A stretch of DNA of 63,983 nt, filler included, from Olpidium bornovanus S191 (taxonomy: Eukaryota > Fungi > Olpidiomycota), in NCBI GenBank assembly GCA_017911155.1. It is 27 parts of 27 records of this genome, joined end to end, with 100 filler letters (N's around TTAATTAATTAA, not from the genome) between each part and the next. Parts side by side here need not be neighbours in the genome. Positions count along the whole stretch, not along the records: positions 56,778 to 57,928 come from JAEFCI010002300.1; positions 58,029 to 60,323 come from JAEFCI010002632.1; positions 60,424 to 63,983 come from JAEFCI010010358.1; 24 more parts are not named here. One strand, 5' to 3'. A program made the translations under genes and the position numbers. Every line of letters starts with the position of its first letter. Within the stretch, counting starts at the first letter, position 1. The notes beneath the pieces are model-generated. The model worked only from the letters and a program-made list of their open reading frames with translations, was not told where the DNA came from and did not search any database. Positions 57,049 through 63,983 of this stretch are shown here, piece after piece.

Positions 57049-59494
57049 AGGCAGGAGAAAAAAAAAAAAAACAAGAAAAAGAATAATTTTAGAAGCCCTT
57101 TTCCGACAGCTCACCACGGACCGTTGTGATATTTGGGTCCGAGTGATCTGTTTTGGCTCCCGGCATATCATTTTCGTGAACGGCACACTGCGCTGCGTTG
57201 TAAGCGTCGTGCCGGACGACGACGGTCTCCAGTTCCACGCCTGCGCGGGCTGTCACGCCGGAGGCTGGGTTCTGCGACCGCCGCGTGGAAGCCGCTGACG
57301 GTCACAGCGGGGTGAGGTCTATGGTGCCGCGCCGCCCTACAACTCTGGACCAACTGGGAAAGGCCGCCGCTCCGAGCGGACCCTGGGCAAGATACACGTT
57401 CCGGGAAACTTCGTGAGATTATGGCCGGCCGCTTGTTTCGCGAGAAGAGCCATATTCTTGGTGGGTCTTTTCCGACTGGCTCCACCTGCACTGCAAGCGG
57501 CTTCTGTATCCTGGGGTGCGCGTGGGAGCGGAGGACGCACGATTACTGACGAACGGGTACTTTTAAAGCCTCCCCTCCTTCTCGTCAGACGAAGCGAGGT
57601 CGCAACCGTTCGGGAGGGGAACCGCGACTGTGCCTTCCGTGAATTTCATAGCAAGCAGGGAGAGACGGGGAGGAAGGAGAGTTGGTTGGGTTACGCAGCG
57701 GGGGGCAAGAGGACTCGGGCCACCCTATGCTTTCTTGGGGGGGGAAGGGTGACACTTTTTAAACACAAGCTTACGTTGGCCCTTTTTTTTTTTTTTTTTT
57801 GCTTTCGTGCAGGGGCAGGGCCGGGGGTGGGCGGGGGGGAAGTTTAGGGGTTGGGTTGGGTTGGGTTTGGGTTGGGTTTTTGGTTTGGTTTTGGGGCGGG
57901 TGTTGTGGTTGTGCGTGGTTCCGGCGAANNNNNNNNNNNNNNNNNNNNNNNNNNNNNNNNNNNNNNNNNNNNTTAATTAATTAANNNNNNNNNNNNNNNN
58001 NNNNNNNNNNNNNNNNNNNNNNNNNNNNCCCGCTCGGCCTCAACGAGCATAAATAGCGCTCGTCTGGCTTCGTAGCTCCGCTCCCTCACAGACCTTCGAC
58101 TCGTAGACTCAACTTAGCTTGAACTTGGCTGTACTTGTCAACCCTCGTCACTTTACCTGTAGCACCCCGCACAGACCTGACAAGGAAGAGTAATAAAACG
58201 TTCTAACTAGCCGCAGTACAATTGACACCAGACCACGCTCCCGCGTCTGTCAATACAGACTTCATTGCACCATCCCCCCCCGATTGTGCTCTATAACCGG
58301 TCAACAAACAATGCCGCCGCTGTCGACGTTGAATCGCTCTAGCCCGCTCTTTCGACGCTGATGAAGGATGGAGGTTGTGGTGATCGACGTGACTCGGGTG
58401 GTATGGCAGGCGGTGGGCCGCACCCACAGGGGGTTCCCACTTCGAACGAGCGGTAGGAAAGCAGAAACAGGGGGGAAGAGGGGCGGGAGGGGGGAAACGG
58501 ATGGGTACTGCTCCCGCGGTGGCACCGAGTCCCGCGGACGTAGGATTGATCACTGTGCCGACGCGCAACTGAGAACTTCCATTTCGAAACGTCCAACCGG
58601 CCCGACGATACAGCGGTTGGTTTCGACATAACTTACTTTGATGCGACCAACCAGCCCGACGGCACGATGGCGGGTTTGACTTCGTTCTCTTTTTATTTTC
58701 GTTGTCGGGGGTTTTTGCGAGGAGGGAAGACTACTTGCGCGAAGAACAGTCTGACAGAGAAGAAAGAAAAGCAAACAAAGCGAAAAAAAAAGCTGGGGGT
58801 TGGGAGGGGGAAGGAAAAAAAGGTAAACAAAACAAACAATTGGGCGGACGATCGAAGCGGAAGCGATCAAATCAAAGATATCGATTCTGGCCGAAATACA
58901 ACTGCGAACTGTGCAAATCGAAGCACCGGCCGCTGACGATGGCTGAGCCCTTGTCGGAAGATTTTTTTTTCTCCTCCTGAGGCTAAGCGCAGCAAATTCT
59001 TACAGACGTCCCTCTTATACTTTATAGTCCCCGTTCCGGGTGAGATATATAAGGTATCAGAGGTTATTAAGTAGTGGATTATAGGGCCGAATAATCAATT
59101 TATTTAAAATCAAAAAAACTGGTGGACTGTGCCGCCGGGGTGTTGTCGCAGGTGGTTCCCGACTCGCTGGCGGTGCTAGACCCCCCTAGAAATAGCGCCA
59201 CCCCCCCACCGGCGCCGCCGCCATGACCGGTAAACACAACACCCCGCCGGCACCGATGACCGGTAAACAGAACTCACCACCGTCCACCTCCATCTTCCCC
59301 ACTCTACCCTCTCGCTTCTTCCCCAAGTCCCGAAGCTAAACAATCATCTTCGTGCAAAGAGAACCTGCCTTTAGCCCCCGTCTGCGGTCCTTCTCTGTGG
59401 TCCCGCCACAGTTCCAGTGTCTGGCAACACAGGAGACACGTGTCAACCCGTTTTCTGCCCGCACTACACTTACCAGAGTAGCTGCTGTAAGAAG

Positions 59495-59643
59495 ATGCCT
59501 CAGTACAACCTCACATACGAACAGAAGCGCCAGATCTGTTGTCAGAAGGACAGCAATCCACAGATTATGGGGAATGCACTGGCTGCTTGGGCAAAGGCGG
59601 AATTCAATCTTGCTGGGACAGGCATCACGCAGGCTGTCATAGT
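59495..59643 (+). mobile_element. pogo/Tc5-type transposase N-terminal CENP-B/psq HTH fragment
   Basis: MPQYNLTYEQKRQICCQKDSNPQIMGNALAAWAKAEFNLAGTGITQAVI matches the L(T/S)..QK..IC....P......LA.WAK..F.L...SQ.TIS pattern. The frame ends shortly afterwards with no DDE domain. Confidence 0.62.
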
Positions 59644-59709
59644 TCTAGTTCGCTCCGCGCACACCTTCAACCCCCCCTTCCTTTTTTTCCTTTTTACCAA
59701 CGAGAGCCA

Positions 59710-59902
59710 AAGACAATATAAAGGAGAGTGACCGCGTCAGGTTATGAGCCCAAGTCGGACTTGACCCGTCCCTCATCTCCGCCGCCCTTTGGCTCTGATT
59801 ACATCTGGTTACGGCTGCGAAGAAGACAATATAAAGGAGAGTGACCGCGTCAGGTTATGAGCCCAAGTCCGACTTGACCCGTCCCTCATCTCCGCCGCCC
59901 TT
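59710..59902 (+). mobile_element. Duplicated LTR-end/PBS segment (80-bp direct repeat, period 113) with half-tRNAiMet PBS
   Basis: AAGACAATATAAAGGAGAGTGACCGCGTCA-GGTTATGAGCCCAAG...CCGCCGCCCTT occurs at 59710 and 59823. In both copies CA abuts the PBS (59740-59753 and 59853-59866). Confidence 0.7.
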
Positions 59903-59959
59903 CTTCGCAGCCGGGACCTGTTCCCCCGACCGCGACCTCGCTTCTCTGCGCAGCTGCCC

Positions 59960-60310
59960 GCCACGCCGCCTCCGCCGCCTTCGGCCACCAGCCGCGCCAT
60001 CTGCGAGGCCCTTGGCCGCCCACCGCGCCGTCTCCGCCGCCTCCGGCCACCAGTCGCGCCATCCGCGCCGCCCTCGGGCACCAGCCGCGCCATCCGCGCC
60101 ACCCTTGGCCGCCCACCGCGCCCTCGCCGCCGCCTTCAGGCCACCAGCAGCGCCATCCGCGCCGCCCTTGGCCGCACACCGTGCCGTCTCCGCCGCCCTC
60201 GGCCACCAGCCGCGCCGTCTCCGCCGCCTCGGGCCGCCAGCCGTGCCATCGGCGCCGCCCTCGGCCACCAACCGCGCCATCCGCGCCGCCTTCGGCCGCC
60301 CGCTTCGCGG
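59960..60310. repeat. GC-rich minisatellite, ~30/60-bp imperfect units
   Basis: Repeated CCGCCGCC(T/C)TCGGCCACCAGCCGCGCCAT and CCGCGCCGCCCTTGGCCGCCCACCGCGCC units run to the contig end. Confidence 0.8.
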
Positions 60311-61073
60311 TCGTCGCCACGCCNNNNNNNNNNNNNNNNNNNNNNNNNNNNNNNNNNNNNNNNNNNNTTAATTAATTAANNNNNNNNNNNNNNNNNNNNN
60401 NNNNNNNNNNNNNNNNNNNNNNNCCATGCTCTCTGGTGGGTGTTTTGTTTTAATAATAGCGGGGTTCAAACTTAAGTTTTTGGCAGCAGATTTTATCCAA
60501 TTAACTACACCAGAGTGCGGCTGTATTTTGTCCAGAAGGATTAGGCCTTGCTTGGATGACCATTCTAAATACAATTTTGGCATCCGAAAATGCGTTCCGA
60601 CCCGAGACGGAAGTCGGCGGCCGTCCGGCCCTCGGGAATTGCCCCTGGAAATCGATCGCGGGCCGTTGGATCACGGCTTTCTGCTTCGTCATCTGCGCCC
60701 GGCCCGTGCGTCAGCGGACCGCCGATTCGCGCGGTGTGTGTGGAACTAGTCGCGGTCGATCGGGCCTTCGCCTCATTTGCCCAGGTTCTCTCTCTCTCGC
60801 TTTCCGTCGGAGAACACCCTCGCGATGCCTACCAATTTGCGAATTGCCATATCTAAAAATGATTCCGCTCGCCCTCTCCCCCCGATCCCAATCCACCCCC
60901 AGAACTTGTCGGGCCGAGATGATGATGATGATGAAGACGATTGAGGACGGTGATGAAAGATGACGATGATAATTATATATATATATATATTTGGGCCCCA
61001 CATGCCCTTGCGACGCGAAGTCGGGACCGTTTCAAATCGCGAGCGGGTCGCGCGGCGGGGATCTCACCGGGGC

Positions 61074-61118
<45 letters not shown>

Positions 61119-61141
61119 CCAAAAAAATTTTTCGGCCCGGG

Positions 61142-61174
<33 letters not shown>

Positions 61175-61293
61175 AAAAAAAAACGACCGATCCGAGCGGA
61201 GGAAGTCTGCGCGAACGGGGAGCGGGCGTTTTCTTTCTTTGCCCGGCCGGAGACGGTGCCCTCTACCGTCGAGGAGGGGTACAATCAAAAAAC

Positions 61294-61326
<33 letters not shown>

Positions 61327-61940
61327 GAGGCGGAAAACCGTTTCCGTTTCCTTTTTGTTTTCCCCTCTCTCGTTTTTTCGGAATTTTCGGTTGGGCGAGA
61401 GGTTACAGATCGGCGTCGGGGGGCGGTGGGTGGGGGGGGGGGGCGGGGGGGGGGGGGGGGGGGGGGGGGGGAAGGGAAGGGATCAACAGGCCAAACCCGG
61501 GGAAGTACAACTGGTGGCGTCTACGTCGGTAGACATCTCCAACGCTGGCAGCGGAGTTCAAGAAGACGGGGACAGACAGGAGTTCTGAAATGACGAGAAC
61601 CGCGCGCGGGGTTTGCTTGCTTTTTGAAATCCTGACGGGTGAAAAAAGAGGAAAAAAAAAACACCTCCCCAAATCTGGTTCGTGACATTCCCCTTCGAGA
61701 CGGTGTATCGCGTATGCTGCGCAAAAACAAAAAAAAAAAGAGATCATCATTTTTTTATGCACTGCTTTGGCTGCGCCGTAAGCATCTCTGTATCTAGCAA
61801 ATCGATCTATTGATGTGCCTTTGGCCGGGTGCGCAACCAGCCGGGCCGGCCGATTTCGGTGGTGGGGGAAAAACAAAAAAAATTTTCGCCCTTCGCCGCA
61901 TACCTTCCCGCCGCTTTCCCGGTCCCCCTCCCGAACGCGG

Positions 61941-63212
61941 TTATCGTCCAACAGACCAGACGAACGAGTGCCCGTATCCGCTCCCGACCGCCTTGACGGC
62001 CGCGGGCGCGTCGGTGACCGCCGGTTCGAACACGTCGGCCTGGTCTCCCGTGCCGCAGTTGCCGTGCTCGTTCCAACCCCACGCCGCCCACCTGCCGTCC
62101 TCGAACGCGCACAGCGTGTGCTCGGCGCCGGCGGCGACGGCCGAGACGCGGGGTGGCCGGCCTCCCTCGCCGAAGCGGAATTCGATTATTCTCGGCTCGA
62201 ACGGCGAAACGCCCTCGCGGACGGGACCCAGCTGGCCCTTGTCCCCGCGTCCCCACGCGCAGATCCGACCGTCGCCCAGCAGGACGGCGGTGTGGCTCCA
62301 CCCGCACACGACGTCCACGCCCGCGGAACCTGCGGGCAGTGCCGCTTCCCGCAATCTCGCGGTTCGCTCGGCGCGGGTCGCGTACCCCAGCTGACCGTGG
62401 CGATTCTCGCCGCACGTGAATACCCGGCCGTCCTCGGACAGAAGCGCGGTGTGGTTGGCACCGCAGGCGGCGCGGACGATCTTCGCCGGAACGTCCACTT
62501 TCCGCGGCACGTCCGTCGATTTGGTGGCGACGCACTGCTCTTCATCGTCTCGCTCGGCATTATTTCCGTCCGGTGGCGGCGTGGCCAAACCCAGGGCGCC
62601 CCGCGCGGATCCCCAGGCCCACACGCCACCCTGAGCGTCCACGGCGACCGAATGTCTCCTCCCGGCGGCAACGCCCGAGATCCTGACATCGCCGGGGAAC
62701 ATGACTCGGACCGGCCTGTCGATCCAGTCGGGCCTCTCCGCTAGTCGATCTTGGTTGACTCCTAGTTGCCCGTGCTTCGCACTTCCAAAGGAGTAGACGT
62801 TCCCGGCATTGTCGACGACCAAGCTGTGAGACCACCCGCACGCGGCAGCAACGCACGGCGGCAGCGGGAGTAACTGGAAGGAGAAATGGTTGTTCACGGA
62901 ATCGTCCGGTGTCTGCCCAGCGCCGTTCATGGCGCGAACGTCGTTGGGTGTGGCGCCGCAGGCTGGCCCAGCCGGCCGCTTTTTCTTGACCGCCAGACCC
63001 AACTGTCCCGTGTCGTTCAGACCGCACCCGTACACGTCACCGCGCTCCGTAACCAACAGGGTGTGGTTTCCTCCGCCAGTTACCAACCTCGGTGGTCTCC
63101 GTAGAGATATCGACTCTGGAGCCGCAAACACGCAGGTTACAGGCAAGCTCAGGTCGCCCGCACGCCCGACTCCAAGCTGGCCATGTCCGTTGCTGCCAAA
63201 TGCCTGCAATTT
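61941..63212 (-). CDS. ATS1: RCC1-repeat protein, Ats1/Kti13-SERGEF-like (C-terminal part of a fused ORF)
   Basis: KLQAFGSNGHGQLG...GGGNHTLLVTERGDVYGCGLNDTGQLG, CGWSHSLVV...FGSAKHGQLG, AAGRRHSVAV...WAWG, ACGANHT...CGENRHGQLG, VCGWSHT...WGRGDKGQLG and AAGAEHT...WGWNEHGNCG...VGSGYGHSF*. About 7 RCC1 blades. Confidence 0.85.
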   Translation of the reverse strand, partial: KLQAFGSNGHGQLGVGRAGDLSLPVTCVFAAPESISLRRPPRLVTGGGNHTLLVTERGDVYGCGLNDTGQLGLAVKKKRPAGPACGATPNDVRAMNGAGQTPDDSVNNHFSFQLLPLPPCVAAACGWSHSLVVDNAGNVYSFGSAKHGQLGVNQDRLAERPDWIDRPVRVMFPGDVRISGVAAGRRHSVAVDAQGGVWAWGSARGALGLATPPPDGNNAERDDEEQCVATKSTDVPRKVDVPAKIVRAACGANHTALLSEDGRVFTCGENRHGQLGYATRAERTARLREAALPAGSAGVDVVCGWSHTAVLLGDGRICAWGRGDKGQLGPVREGVSPFEPRIIEFRFGEGGRPPRVSAVAAGAEHTLCAFEDGRWAAWGWNEHGNCGTGDQADVFEPAVTDAPAAVKAVGSGYGHSFVWSVGR

Positions 63213-63317
63213 CCCGCCAGAGACTTCCAGTTTCCCGTTCGACGATGGCGAGCGCGACAACGGAGACTGGAAAGAGGAGTCGCCGCCTGCGATAAGGTTG
63301 TCCATGACGAAGTCCAG

Positions 63318-63983
63318 AGGACGGTAGTTTCGAAAACGAACGCCTGCAGCTTCGAACAGCTCCCGCGTAAGGTCGTCCATGCCGTAGGCCTGAGAGTAAA
63401 CCACTTCGCTGACGCCGACCTGGACAATTTTCTTGGCGCAACCTTTACTTTTGCGAGTGCACCGGTAAGCCAAGCCAACAAGACGAATGGGAAATCACAG
63501 TGCCGCAATAAAACGTCGTGTTGTTCGCGGCGCCGTTCCGCACGGAACATGCAAGAAGTATCGGCGCCCTTACCTAGGCACGGGCAGGTATTGCAATACA
63601 GTGTGGACTGTCCGTCATCGAGCCGAGTACGGCCGGCCTCTATCAAGGCGTTTTCCTCGGCATGTAGGCAAAGGCAGGTGTCGAGGGAGTGGCCGCAACG
63701 CGAGTTCATGTTGCAGCGGCGGCAACCGCCCTCCCCACAGTTGCGCAGACCGCGCGGCGTCCCATTGTAGCCGGTAGAGATGATTCGTCGGTCCTTTACG
63801 AGAATGCAGCCGACTGCCCGCTTCATGCAATTGGACCGTCGCGCCGCAAAATCCGATAACTGCATGAAATAACTGGAGGGGTTTTACGGCGTTAGACAAC
63901 ACAACGCTGCCAGACAATCCGGGCTAACAGCGCTCCGAGTTTCGCGGTCTTTGCAGGGCGACTCACGTGTCCCACGACGGTCG
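63318..63983 (-). CDS. DCD1: dCMP deaminase (N-terminal part of a fused ORF), 5' truncated by the window edge
   Basis: RPSWDT/YFMQLSDFAARRSNCMKRAVGCILVKDRRIISTGYNGTPRG...CLCLHAEENALIEAG...TLYCNTCPCLG/CAKKIVQVGVSEVVYSQAYGMD. HAE and PCxxC zinc motifs are present. Confidence 0.95.

Noticed and set aside
59791-59803. Minus-strand TGTAATCAGAGCC as a second PBS between the duplicated LTR ends
   Set aside because: It has two mismatches to TGGTATCAGAGCC, including the CCA-pairing bases. It could equally be an LTR start or chance.

Overview
This window is not contiguous DNA. It is 27 short contigs (about 1-6 kb) joined by 26 identical 100-nt artificial spacers (44 N + TTAATTAATTAA + 44 N), so adjacency across a spacer carries no biological meaning. 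The DNA is eukaryotic, GC-rich, intron-dense and fungal in gene content. It is most consistent with an early-diverging (zoosporic or zygomycete-grade) fungus; the style resembles fragmented assemblies such as Olpidium, but that is an unverified guess. Recognisable spliced genes, many truncated at contig ends, are: PDB1, SYF2, a multi-FAS1 membrane protein, ETF-QO (CIR2), uL4m, CDC14, SPT2, an INO4-like bHLH-ZIP, a GPI-type HExxH protease, AVT2, NST1, FAN1, GAPDH, ECM31/panB, a TrhO-like rhodanese, Raptor/KOG1 and DCD1 fused to ATS1/KTI13. There are also LTR-retrotransposon and pogo-transposase remnants. The highlights are: (1) four paralogous box C/D snoRNAs, each in its own intron of an apparently non-coding host, combining a SNORD79-type guide and an snR65-type guide in one RNA; (2) an in-frame fusion of dCMP deaminase with a Kti13/Ats1-like RCC1 propeller; (3) an intronless secreted protein with a repeat propeptide and two tandem 4-Cys domains; (4) retroelements with a half-tRNAiMet primer site, one of which carries a gypsy-like gag. 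All family assignments are by eye from recalled motifs; no database search was run.
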